The notes beneath the pieces were generated by a model that was not told the origin of the DNA, did not search any database, and saw only the letters and a list, made by a program, of their open reading frames with translations. Positions 1 through 11,500 of a stretch of DNA of 64,000 nt are shown here, one piece after another; position 1 is the stretch's first letter, and every line of letters begins with the position of its first letter. A program made the translations under genes and the position numbers. The DNA is from a virus: the IMG/VR virus record IMGVR_UViG_3300020416_000002; one strand, given 5' to 3'.

Positions 1-3000
1 ACTTCACCAGCAGCACGGTATGCAACACTGATACCATTAGTATCAGATCCATTTGTTCTTAAGTCAAATAATGTTGCACTAGAAAGACCAGTTGTATTAG
101 CGTATGCCCAGAATTCAATTGTGAAGTCTGTGTTTGTGCCAAATCCAAAATCTCCAGTAGAAGGAATACTTATAGAATCGTTAGTTCCATCAAGTGCGAG
201 AGACGCGGTTCCGAACTTCTTAACTGAAGTATCTAACTGAGCACCATCGTTAAATGTGACTGACTTAGCAGTTCTAGCATTAAGAACTTCAAATCCAGTT
301 TGTTTGCCAGTTACACCTAAGTAAGTTCCATCAAATGATGCGACAACAGCAGTTCCTAATCCAGTGGTTCCGTCAGTATCAAATAGAGTAATTGTATTAC
401 CAACACCAACTGTTGTAATACCTGACAATCTTAATCTAGTTTGACCAGCAGATGAAATACCTAATGATCCAGACTCACCCTTGATCGCTTCTGCAGCAAA
501 ATAAGTAAAGCAATTGATATACTCACAACGGGAACCGTTGGTTAATACAACACCTTTGCTGTTAGGTACAATAAATGTAACCTCATTGAACAGCATCGCT
601 GCCTCAAGCGATCCTGCTGCTACCTCAGAACCATCTAGGTATGCACCACCACCAGCAAGGAACGATGATGGATTTGAATCTGCAGAACCATAACCGTATG
701 GATCAGATGCAGTAACATTACTACCTTTGTTGAATACAGTTACACGCTGTACATAAGGTGATCTGCTAGTAATTGCAATGCCAGGTGCATACTTAAACGC
801 ATAACCTTCATTTGCTGATGTGTTGAAGAACATCTCAGCAACGGTAATATCCTCAACAACAGATCTGTCATTAAGTAAGAAAGCATCCTTTTGCTTGGTA
901 GCACTAGTAGGAATAATTTTAGTAGCACGAAGACCAGCACCCTTAACTGTTAAACCAGCAGGAACAGTAAGTGGGAATGTTTCTTGATAAACACCAGCAG
1001 CGATGTTTAGAACATCGTTAACACCGATATTTGAAATCTGTGACAGAGCATATGCAATTGTTCTGAATGGTCTCTCTGGTGTTCTACCACGAGATGCATC
1101 ACCATCGTCAACACCATTTGTAGATACAAACCATGTATCTAACTTAGCGTTGATTGTTGCAATACCAATCTGAGCAGGTTCTTTCCATGAAAGAGTGTTA
1201 TCAGGATTAGTACTCAACATATGCTGAGTGTTAATACCAACAACTCCTGTGGAGTCATATAGAGAGGTTATATAACCAGCACCAACCTTAAGGTTTACAA
1301 TATCTGCATCATTAACATCAATAACACCTGTGAAGGTTGCTGCAGTAGCTACAACAACATCAGTAACTGCTAATCCAGTCAAGGATAAACTATCAGCACT
1401 TAGATTTGTAACATGTGCAGTTGTGACAGTAGCATAAGTACCGACTAATGATGTAACAACACCAGCAGTAATTTTTGCATTAACTATGTCACCTTCTGTT
1501 GCGTCAATTGTTGTGATTGTAGCAGCAGTACCAACGATATCAGTAATGATACCAGCAGTGATCTTAACATCTTTAAGGTCAGCAGTCTCCGTGTCAAAAT
1601 TAGTAATCGTAGCGTAGGTGCCGACTATAGAAGTTACAACACCCGCAGTAATTTTGGCATTAACAATATCGCCTTCTGTTGCGTCAATTGTCGTAATTGT
1701 TGCAGCAGTACCAACGATATCAGTAATAATACCAGAGGTAATTTTTACATCTTTAAGATCTGCGGTCTCAGTATCAAAGTTTGTAATTGTGGCATATGTA
1801 CCAACTATAGATGTGACAACACCAGCAGTAATTTTAGCGTTGACAATATCGCCTTCTGTGGCATCGATAGTTGTTATAGTTGCTGCAGTACCAACGATAT
1901 CGGTGATAATACCAGCAGTAATCTTAGCATCAAGGATATCAGCAGAATCTAGATGTGCTGTACCATCAATGTAAATATCTCTCCACTCTCTATCTGTGGT
2001 TCCTAAATCATGAGTATCATCAGCAGCAGGATTAAACTTTTGGTTGATAGTCCAAGCAGCTCTTGATAGATCCCACTCAATAGTTTTATCTGTAGTACCC
2101 TTAAGTGTAATACCACCTCCAGAAGCGGAAGCGTCACTAGGTGACCCTGCAGTAGTTACACCAAGTTCAATGTTCTTATCATTGACTTGAAGAATAGCAC
2201 TTTGTAAATATGATGTTGTTCCTTCAACATCAAGGTTACCCTTGATTAAAGTGTCTCCAGTAACAGTTAATGCTCCACCAACTCTTGCATCTCTTGTAAC
2301 ATCTAAATCTCTAATAGTAGAGTATGTGCTGACTAGAGAAGTAACAATACCAGCAGTAATATTAGCGTTAACAGAATCTAAGTTGTCAAAATCTGCCTGT
2401 GTATATGTTACACCAAAACCAGATAGAGATGTAACAACACCAACTGTGATATATGCGTTAGTTGTTAGACCAACTTCATTGCGGAAATAAGTTGCGTCAA
2501 AATCAGTTGCTAAACCAGCAACAATTTTTGCTTGCTCAATATCAGCGTTAACAAAATCTACATTAGTGATGGTAGCAGCAGTACCAACTGTGTCTGTTAC
2601 AGCAAGTCCTGTAATGTTAACATCTCTAGCATCTAATGTCTCAATGTCTACAACACTGATGGTTGAGTAAGTACCAACATATGATGTTACAACACCTACA
2701 TCAATGTAAGCATTGGTGATAATACCAACTTGATTGACTAAATTGGTAATAGCAAAATCAGTTGCTAAACCAACAGTAACTTTAATATCTTCTACATCTG
2801 CATCTACAAAATCAACTCTTGTGATTGTTGCTGCAGTACCAACTGTGTCAGTGATAATACCTGACTGAATCTTGGCGTTAGTAATTGCAAAGTCTGTTGC
2901 TAAACCAGCAGTGACTTTAATGTCCTCAATGCCAATGTCATTAGCATCAATTTGAGGAACAGTAACAACTCCAGAAATACTTACATCACCATCTACAGTG

Positions 3001-4637
3001 AGTAAAGCAACTGGTGTGGTGGTTCCTATACCAACCCAGCCATCACTATTACCATTGATCCATTTAACATCACCAGAACCAATAACTAATTGGTTATTTT
3101 GATCTGGATATCTAACATCCTGTCCTTGACCAATAATAACATTACCACTACCAGTGTTGTCAGCACCAGCAGAATTACCAATAGCTACATTGTTATTGCC
3201 ATAAACATTGTATAAAGCAAACGCACCAATAGCAATGTTGTTGCTCTGGTTGGTTGATATACCAGCACCCCATAGTGCTTCACGACCTATACCAATATTT
3301 TGATCATGATCTTCTTTACCACTAATTGTTGTGATTCCAGCTCTTACAACTAAGAATCCGAAAACATCAGTAAGTCCAATACTACCAGATGATAGGTAGA
3401 TTGCATCATTCTTATCAGTTAATAGACCAAAATCATCCTGTCCTTTAACTGTAAATTGTTGACCAATTAATTTGCCTAAGTGTGCATTAGTAGAGGTACC
3501 AATATTAAATGATAAATTACCACTAACCGCATTGTTAATGATTCCAAGATCAGCAAGTTGGGTAATAGCAATTGCAAAATCACCACCCTCTATATTGGCA
3601 AAATTATCGGTAGTACCATAAACTCTGTAAGCATATGGATCATTACCTAAAGTACTGGTGTCAGAGAATGATATATTGCTGGCATTACCAGTCTCACCAT
3701 AGGTTAAGACAGATTGAGAACCTAAATCTTGACCTACCTTATCACCAATGTAGATATTGTAAGAACCCTCTGCCTCTTGACCAGCAAAGTTACCAAGGAA
3801 GACATTAGATTCTGCCTTAGTCTTACCACCTTTTTGGAAGGCACTATTACCAATAGCAATGTTCCTTTTGGTGTCTGCTGCTAAACCTGCTTCACTACCA
3901 GCAAAGTTACCAATGAACATACCCTGACGATCATTACCGTCAGTTTCTAATACACCTGCCTCTCTACCAATTCTGATTAACTGCGTTCTAAAGTCGTAGT
4001 TATTTTCAATTGTAGCAATGCCTGTAATCGTTAGATTTTTAGTTGTAGAGGCATGACTAACATTGATCTGTTCAAATTGTGCAGATGTGGCATTCCAATC
4101 ATTAAATGTACCACCAACACCAGCAATAGCACTAATAAGACCAACTCTGTTAGTAAAGAATGGAGTATCTAAACTCGATGTAATACCAAGAGTGGCAATA
4201 GTACCGATGCCAGCAATATCAATATTTCTACCTGTTACCTCATCATATGAAATATCTCCAGTTACATTTAATTGTCCACCAACTGTTAAATCTCCAGTAA
4301 CAGTCGCTGCAGCACCAACAACCATGTCGGTGGCAATATCCCATTTATTGACCTGCCCTAAGGAATTTAAAACAAGAACTTTAGACGCTGTTGGATTACC
4401 AAAGTCTAGGGGGTTTTCTTGGAAAAGACTTGTGTAATATTCACCACCAATAGGAATTGGTGCAGCAGTATTACCAGAAGGGTCACCAATATATAATTTC
4501 TTAAGAGACTTACCCGCTCCTACATTTGTAACATCATAGGTGTATACTAATTCACCAAAAGATACACCAGTTCCTACGGGAGCTGGAATTGGAGGAGAAG
4601 TTCCTTGAGTTCTTTTTATCAGGATAGTTGCTGACAT
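1..4637 (-). CDS. Long tail fibre/structural protein, >1545 aa, 3' end outside window (missing from ORF track)
   Basis: ATG at 4637 overlaps the upstream stop (TAATG). Starts MSATILIKRTQGTS..GELVY. Contains N-x-x-I-G-x-x-A head-like repeats, 20-aa tandem repeats, a beta-helix-like segment (WFVSTNG..PFRTIAYAL..GAGLRATKIIP) and a LamG-like start (KFGTASLALDG..DFTIEFW). Confidence 0.85.
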   Translation of the reverse strand, partial: MSATILIKRTQGTSPPIPAPVGTGVSFGELVYTYDVTNVGAGKSLKKLYIGDPSGNTAAPIPIGGEYYTSLFQENPLDFGNPTASKVLVLNSLGQVNKWDIATDMVVGAAATVTGDLTVGGQLNVTGDISYDEVTGRNIDIAGIGTIATLGITSSLDTPFFTNRVGLISAIAGVGGTFNDWNATSAQFEQINVSHASTTKNLTITGIATIENNYDFRTQLIRIGREAGVLETDGNDRQGMFIGNFAGSEAGLAADTKRNIAIGNSAFQKGGKTKAESNVFLGNFAGQEAEGSYNIYIGDKVGQDLGSQSVLTYGETGNASNISFSDTSTLGNDPYAYRVYGTTDNFANIEGGDFAIAITQLADLGIINNAVSGNLSFNIGTSTNAHLGKLIGQQFTVKGQDDFGLLTDKNDAIYLSSGSIGLTDVFGFLVVRAGITTISGKEDHDQNIGIGREALWGAGISTNQSNNIAIGAFALYNVYGNNNVAIGNSAGADNTGSGNVIIGQGQDVRYPDQNNQLVIGSGDVKWINGNSDGWVGIGTTTPVALLTVDGDVSISGVVTVPQIDANDIGIEDIKVTAGLATDFAITNAKIQSGIITDTVGTAATITRVDFVDADVEDIKVTVGLATDFAITNLVNQVGIITNAYIDVGVVTSYVGTYSTISVVDIETLDARDVNITGLAVTDTVGTAATITNVDFVNADIEQAKIVAGLATDFDATYFRNEVGLTTNAYITVGVVTSLSGFGVTYTQADFDNLDSVNANITAGIVTSLVSTYSTIRDLDVTRDARVGGALTVTGDTLIKGNLDVEGTTSYLQSAILQVNDKNIELGVTTAGSPSDASASGGGITLKGTTDKTIEWDLSRAAWTINQKFNPAADDTHDLGTTDREWRDIYIDGTAHLDSADILDAKITAGIITDIVGTAATITTIDATEGDIVNAKITAGVVTSIVGTYATITNFDTETADLKDVKITSGIITDIVGTAATITTIDATEGDIVNAKITAGVVTSIVGTYATITNFDTETADLKDVKITAGIITDIVGTAATITTIDATEGDIVNAKITAGVVTSLVGTYATVTTAHVTNLSADSLSLTGLAVTDVVVATAATFTGVIDVNDADIVNLKVGAGYITSLYDSTGVVGINTQHMLSTNPDNTLSWKEPAQIGIATINAKLDTWFVSTNGVDDGDASRGRTPERPFRTIAYALSQISNIGVNDVLNIAAGVYQETFPLTVPAGLTVKGAGLRATKIIPTSATKQKDAFLLNDRSVVEDITVAEMFFNTSANEGYAFKYAPGIAITSRSPYVQRVTVFNKGSNVTASDPYGYGSADSNPSSFLAGGGAYLDGSEVAAGSLEAAMLFNEVTFIVPNSKGVVLTNGSRCEYINCFTYFAAEAIKGESGSLGISSAGQTRLRLSGITTVGVGNTITLFDTDGTTGLGTAVVASFDGTYLGVTGKQTGFEVLNARTAKSVTFNDGAQLDTSVKKFGTASLALDGTNDSISIPSTGDFGFGTNTDFTIEFWAYANTTGLSSATLFDLRTNGSDTNGISVAYRAAGE
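1420..1960 (-). repeat. 60-nt (20-aa) tandem repeats with a 120-nt super-period inside the tail fibre
   Basis: Alternating units GTAATITTIDATEGDIVNAKITAGVVTSIV / GTYATITNFDTETADLKDVKITAGIITDIV; more degenerate copies at ~2280-2960. Confidence 0.85.
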
Positions 4638-4852
4638 TAGAATTCACCTCCATCGACTGTGGTTGATGGCAGAGTGGTCTGAGTCACGAATTTGGCAGAC
4701 GCCGAATCGAAGACTAGAAAGCTACCGTTTGTTAGGTTATTAGCGTTGACATCAGAGAGTAAAACTAGTTTACCTCCTCCGCCTCCTCCTCCTAAAGATC
4801 CACTGGCGATAACCTTAACTTGGCTGCCAGTGCCAATTCGTAAAGATGGCAT
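4637..4852 (-). CDS. Small virion-associated protein with poly-Gly linker
   Basis: 71-aa ORF with LSDV..NGSFLVFD motif and C-terminal DGGEF, typical of cyanophage tail-region genes; coupled to both neighbours. Confidence 0.7.
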   Translation of the reverse strand: MPSLRIGTGSQVKVIASGSLGGGGGGGKLVLLSDVNANNLTNGSFLVFDSASAKFVTQTTLPSTTVDGGEF

Positions 4853-5187
4853 TACCTCGTTACCCCTGCTCTAACATTGATCATACCCTCAACGACTTTT
4901 ACCGTGCTTGTGCCGTCTTGCAATAGAACATCATATAGGTAACGACCTGGTTTTATGTCGGCTGTTATAGTGCTTGCCATAGAGATTTTTATTTCACCCT
5001 CTAATGGACTAGAAATCGTCGAAGCGAAAGCAACATGGTTAGTGCTACCTGCCCACTTACGCAGTTGTGCTGTTGCTGTAAACCCTGCTAAATTTAAGAC
5101 TGTATTATTGTCATTATCACCTAGAGCAAATAAATGCTCAAAATCACAGCCCGATTCAATCTGCAGGTTAGAGACAAATACTGCCAT
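4852..5187 (-). CDS. Conserved cyanophage structural protein (BppU-like Ig fold likely)
   Basis: 111 aa, LNLAGFTATAQLRK..GRYLYDV..KVVEG pattern. Confidence 0.7.
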   Translation of the reverse strand: MAVFVSNLQIESGCDFEHLFALGDNDNNTVLNLAGFTATAQLRKWAGSTNHVAFASTISSPLEGEIKISMASTITADIKPGRYLYDVLLQDGTSTVKVVEGMINVRAGVTR

Positions 5188-5207
5188 CTTTTATGCCGAC
5201 TATTATC

Positions 5208-5369
5208 CTATAAGGTATTTAGTTTCTTTATCTCTGTTAGAAGGTTGTCTACCTTTGCTTCTAGTCTTTCTAAATGATTTGTTAATATTTCAATATTAGT
5301 TTGGTCTGTTGAGGTAATATCATTTGACCCATGATGATACCGTAAAAACTCACTGTGTCCGTCTCTCAT
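5208..5369 (-). CDS. 53-aa coiled-coil hypothetical protein (not in ORF track)
   Basis: MRDGHSEFLRY..HLERLEAKVDNLLTEIKKLNTL; ATGA overlap with the upstream gene. Confidence 0.55.
   Translation of the reverse strand: MRDGHSEFLRYHHGSNDITSTDQTNIEILTNHLERLEAKVDNLLTEIKKLNTL
5216..5222 (-). promoter_or_regulatory. Putative late promoter (CTAAATA)
   Basis: T4 gp55-type TAAATA core ~30 nt upstream of the 5187 start. Confidence 0.45.
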
Positions 5370-5563
5370 AATTTAGATACGATGGTAGCTAACATTTCTT
5401 TGATGTCTGAAATGTCCTTTTTCATATTATCTATCTCTTTTCTCTCAATTCTTTTTTTATCTTTTGCCTGCATGTAGGCATTATAAGAGGAGCTATCGCC
5501 ATTGACGATAGCCCCTGATTTTTCATCTCTATAAAGATGAGGATGTCCTTCGACTCTTTGCAT
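5366..5563 (-). CDS. Conserved small cyanophage protein
   Basis: 65 aa, VEGHPHLYRD..SGAIVN plus C-terminal coiled coil. Confidence 0.75.
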   Translation of the reverse strand: MQRVEGHPHLYRDEKSGAIVNGDSSSYNAYMQAKDKKRIERKEIDNMKKDISDIKEMLATIVSKL

Positions 5564-8500
5564 TATGCTAGTGCTAGTCCCCTTACATTTTTAATGATAG
5601 GTACTTGAGCTTGATTGGTTCCATTCATTACAATTTTAATAATAAAACCTGTGAATGGTGACAAATCATTTGCGGTATACTGATACTCATTCCAATTGGA
5701 CTCTGGATTGATGAATTTATCAGGAGTACCATCCCCACCTGGTAAGGTGAGTCTTAATGTATCTCCAAATCCATCTCCATCAGTATCTGCAAGATTACTG
5801 AAGCCAGGGAATAACTCAAAGACCTGATCAATTTCACTAGAATCCGTTCTGATTAGACTATAGAGAACTCTAAAGTCAGCAGAGGCAGGTCTATATGCAT
5901 CAAAGATAACCTTTAACGAAGTTGCAGGTTGCTTGATGTTAATAACCTTAGTCATGTAGTATGATGTATGTAGGTCACCATAAATTGTATTTGCTCTAGG
6001 ATCAATGGCGTAGTTATCAATAGGTTTATTAATCCTATTTGAAGTGAAACTCATCTTAGCAGTGTCAAGACACAGCATAGGAGAACTCCAGAAGTTTCCA
6101 CCATTTGACATTGCAATTCTGGTTGTCAAAGATCTATTTCTAAACAATCCGTCTAGACGATTTAATTCATTGACTTCAGATGCAACAATTCTAGTTGTAT
6201 CAAGTTTGGTTTCCTCATTAACATTGACATTAATAAATCCAAGATCAGTAAATGATGTTTCATTACCATCAACACTAGTTCCACTAACAGTTCTAATATT
6301 GACAGTAGCACTATCAGTGCCGCCAGGTGTGGTAATATCATACACTGGGGTAACTGCATCATATTGAATGTTCTTAGAGGCGTGAGCAGCGATACCACCG
6401 CCTGAGACCTCTTCAGAGAATGATAGTTGAGGAACACCAATACCAGAGATATCAGTTGATCTACCTTCTCTATCAATCTTGATTAAGAACTCATCCATTT
6501 TCTTGCCTAGAATCTCAACATCGTGAGTAGCATTAATCTTGGTTAGAGAAACTCCACCAAATTCATACTTTCTAATTGTAGATCCAGAGTTATGGGTAAT
6601 AGATTGAGAGTTATTAATACCTCTAACAATACCGCTTAGAGTATTGATACCAACACTGGTATAAGAGATAATCTCATTACCGATAATTGCATACGCAGTA
6701 TTCGCTGCACTAACTAACACTCCCTCAAATACATCGAATCCAGTGCTGTCAGCAACAGAAATATTAGATGATGTTGAGTTAATAATAGTTGTAGTGGTTG
6801 TAGGAAGAGTATTTGCTTCTACTCCACTAATCACAGTCCTGTTACCTACTCCATACATTCCATGGTTAAAGTAAGAAACTTTTGCGTATTCACCAGTGTA
6901 AACACTACCAGTAGCATCATATCTATAGACATCAACACCTGAGTCAACAACTGTTCCTGCCTCATGGAAGTAGTTTAGATTTGCACCATTAGTAAATTCA
7001 TCTCCTTGAATACCAGTTAGATAGAGAGTATCAATACCATTGATAGAGTTAATACCAATTCTGCAACCAGAACCAGCACCGCCCATATCAGCAGTAACAA
7101 TACCTACCATATCACCAACTTTGTATCCATTACCAGCAACTAATATATTTGCAGCAGTAATCGTAGAATTACCAGCACCAACTGTGACTTCTAGTTTCAG
7201 ACCAGTTCCTTCACCTGTAATATTAAAGGTTCTAACCTGTGTCAACGGAGTACCGTATCCAAGACCGTTAGTAGCAATACCAACAGTGCCTGCTGCAGGA
7301 CCGCCTTTATCATCAATAAATCCATATCGGTAACTGGCAGTGCTATCACCAACTTTTCTACCTTGAGTGAATACTGTACCAATTAGTCCAGCATTTTGAC
7401 TCGTGGTAAATCCAATAGCAGCTTTCTTTGGAAGTGCTGTAATAGGGTTCTTCCTAAGAGCCTTAAGAATACCATTATTAGATCTAATTGGAGGATTCTG
7501 GAAGGTAACAACAGCATCTGTAGGTGTAAACTTAGCTCTATAGATCTTGAATGTCATGTCTTCAAATTGACATGGCGTCCATTCTCTACCGTTTTGAGAT
7601 TTGTACAGAGAACCAACTAAGAATTGGTTAGAATATACTCTACCTGCAGCATTAGGTAATGCTTGAGCATTAAGAGCAGTCTGACCCATTTCTGCAGTAA
7701 AGATCTCATATCCGTTCGCTGGAGCACCAACAACCAAAGCATAAGGTTTGCCAGGTTCGCAGTAAATAGGCGATGGGAATGTAAATCTGGTAGGTATAGA
7801 TGCGTCAGTAGAAGTTTGAATCGTTGCAGGGTCAATAGAGACATCTGCATCTGGAGTCAAAATTTCTGCCTTAGGAATACCAAGTTCCATTTCTCTAATT
7901 TGAGCAAATGGTGCCCTAGTAGGATCATTATCTTTAGTAGCAAAGAATACCTCAACAGCAGTAATATATGCACCATTTTCATCAACTACAAAGGATTGTG
8001 CCAACGGGTCATCATCCTGAGATTCCCATACGGGAACTGGAACAGGTACGGGTACAGGAACAGGTACAGGGTTAGGTACTATAACCTGTCTTTCTACCTC
8101 TCTAATAACTTCGTTATTTACAACTCTTTCCACCGTTACAGTATTATCAATAACTGTTTCTGTATTGATAGTAATAGTGTTGTCGATGATGACTGGGGGT
8201 GGTGGTGGAGGTGGTGGGGGCGGTCTTCTATTAATCAGTGTCAGTCCATAATCACGCCTAATCGTCGTAGTTTCTAGAGTAGTAACTCTAACATCAGTAT
8301 GAATAAGTCTAGTAGTACCAATTGTTGTATAAATTGCAGACGCATTAGAAATTAAACTACTTCCTCTTAAACCAGAAGCATTTGTATTACTTGAAGTTAA
8401 CTTGAATTCTCTTTCACCAGATCTAATTCTTGCTAATGGAGTAGGTGAAGCGTTAGGATCTCTAATCCAAACAGCACCAAACAAATCTCCCCAAGCATCT

Positions 8501-11500
8501 GTTAAAAGATCAATCTCAGAAATTGTTGCTTGAGCACCACTAGTCTCACCAGCAATAGTTGTTCCAACTGGAAGATATCCAAAGAAATCACCCTGTGCTT
8601 GTGCAGCAAGTGCAGCAACATCAATGTTGATTGCAGTTGAACCCTGAGAATATGAATCAGGTAAAGTCTCATCTCTATTCAATGGGTTTTGTTCATATGA
8701 TCTAGTAGGTGATGCAAACGGACCTTCTTTATGATCTGGTCTACAAAGTCTAAATCTAAAAGTTTCTCCGTTGACTAATGCAGTTATTGTTTCACCAACT
8801 GTGAATGATCCAATTACATTTTCAATACCAATAATTTTTGGGATAACATCAATATTACTTTGATCATCAAAGAATACAAAATATCTTGCAAAAGGTCTTA
8901 AACCAACAGCGTCAAACTGGATATTTCTAGATCTAATAAATGGATCAAAAGTTTCACTTCTAATAAAGGTGTTCTCGGATCTAATATCATCAGCTTCTAC
9001 ACTTTGAGATTCATTAGTGCTTAGTTGTAATTCATCTTGACCAATACCACCATCAATAGTATTAGCAGTCAACCTTGTATCGTAAGAAGTTCTCCTAATA
9101 ACTTGAGTTTCTAAAGATTGTGATTCCTCAGTATTGATCCAATTATCACTAGTAGGAGTAAGACTTAGATCTCCAACAAATTTATGAACAAAGAATGGGT
9201 TTAAGTTCTCAACTCTAGTAGCAAAGTTTTGTTGAACCATGATATCATCTTCATAGTCCAGAGTAACCATTCTTCCAGTTTTTCTGGCATTAGGATCTAA
9301 AAGTGGGAAATCTTGACTAAGATCTAATTGTTCTGGTGGCAGACTAGTTTCTGGTAAGATCTGCATATCAATAGAACTTAAATCTCTAAGAGGTCTAACT
9401 TCACCTTTGGTGATATCAACATCAATAGGTGCTGCATCATCAACAAAATCAGTTGATTTAAATGAATCTGCAAAGAAACCACTCTTAAATCTATCGAGTC
9501 CGTCAGCATCCTTAACTTGTAAAGTTTGAACTTTTTGTTCTAATAGAGATAACGATGTAACTCTTTCTAAACTCTCAACTCTATCTTCAATTCTACCAAT
9601 ATCCCGCATGGTATATCTACGGTTATCGATAAGATAAACTTTTACATCCTTAACATCATATAAGTAAGGAGGCATTACGATAGTTGCCAGAGTCATACCT
9701 GTGGGGCAATCTGCTGGTGGTTTAGGATTATTGGCGGGTGTTCCTTGCTCAATATAGAGAGCACCACTAGTTTTGAGAACTAACTTATCAATTCTTCCAT
9801 AGTAATTCTTATATCCAAAATTAGATGACTCATTAGGAGTTGCAATTCTTCTTGGTTGATCTGCAAATACTCTACTACCAATGTAGTATGGAGAGAAAGA
9901 TGCAGAGGCAGGAGTAAATACTGGAACTCTTGGTCTAAAATCTAGTGTGTCAGTTGCTCTAATTAATCCTTTTCCAATCCTAGGAATATCTTTAGAATAT
10001 CTTTCTACATCATAACTGTTAACAGTAAAGAAATCTCCTGTGTCAGTAGACGGAACATCGTATCTATCAAAAACTACATAAAGTTGTTTAGTAGGTACAT
10101 AAGCTCCTCTAGTTCTTACAATACTGGAGTAATCATAATATTGATCTTTTTGACCTTTGTCTAACAAATATTGATCGGTAAGATCTTTGTATTTGCCAGG
10201 AACAAATGCTTGTAATACTGCAACAGCATTAGAGTCTTGGAAATTAAGAGTTTCTAATAAATTAAATTTATCTTCAGTAGTAAAGACAACTTCAATCCTA
10301 CTGTTACCAGCATCAACTGCAACAATTCTAGCAACAGCGTTAGTGTCTGCTCCAATAATATCTTCACCAACTAATGCTTCAGTAAAAATACTATCTGTAG
10401 ATGTAAATACTAATTTGTCAAGGACTGGAGCGTTAGTATCTAATGATTCATAAACAGCAATAACTTGATTTACATCAGGATAGTTAAGACAAATTTTATC
10501 ATCTTGTACTCTGGTACCATATAACTGACTGCTAATTAATCCATCATTAATATTTTGACCACTTGTTACACCAGATCCAATATTATTTGAGAATGTAATA
10601 TTAATATTTTCACTCTTCTTAAAGTTTTTAACTTTATTTTTAATATTAGTTTTAGCAACAGTTACATTAACAGTAACATTACTTTGAGAGAAATCTAAAC
10701 CATTAATTGTTAAGGTATTTGCTGAAATTTCTACTTGAGATCTATCAATTACAGCAATTGATTTATTTGAATATTGTACTTGATATCTTTCTTGATCAAA
10801 TGCAACAAAACTACAATCATCAATACCCACTGATGAAATAGGAACTACAAGAACACCATTACCATCTGTAGATTCTCCAGTAACTTGCTCAGATAATAAG
10901 ATTTCAGATCCATCAAAATTAAGATCAGCAATGTGTCTCTTAGGTAATGGTAAATAAAGACCTGTTTTTTGCTCTGAGGTTAAATCTTGAACTCCAACTC
11001 TAAAGTTTACATCAATATTACCACTAGGAAGTGTTCCGTCAAATAGGTTACTGACGCCACTACCCATTGCCACAACGGTAATAGATCCACCATCACTAGC
11101 AACTTCATTTACAACATTTCTTGATGGTAAAGTAGCACCTTCTTTATTGTAGATAATAATATCGCCTGGTCTAAATCTTTCAAATGTTCTTCCTGCACAT
11201 GTAATTACACCACCACTTGTAATCCTAACAATATCACTAGCAGTGAAACCAAAAGGCACTGTACCATTTAAAGCTTTGTATGCTGTAAATGAATTACCAG
11301 ATTGTGCTAATCTAGTAACATCATTCATGCTATATGCTTGAACCTTTTCTACAGTCCTACTTAAATTTTGTGGTCTACCATTAACAATAATTCTTTCGCC
11401 TGGTTGGAAACTACCAGAGGTTTGAGTAACTGTTAGTGTACTACTACCAGCACCACTTACAGCATATGCTGTAGCACCACTCTCATTACCCTGAATATAC

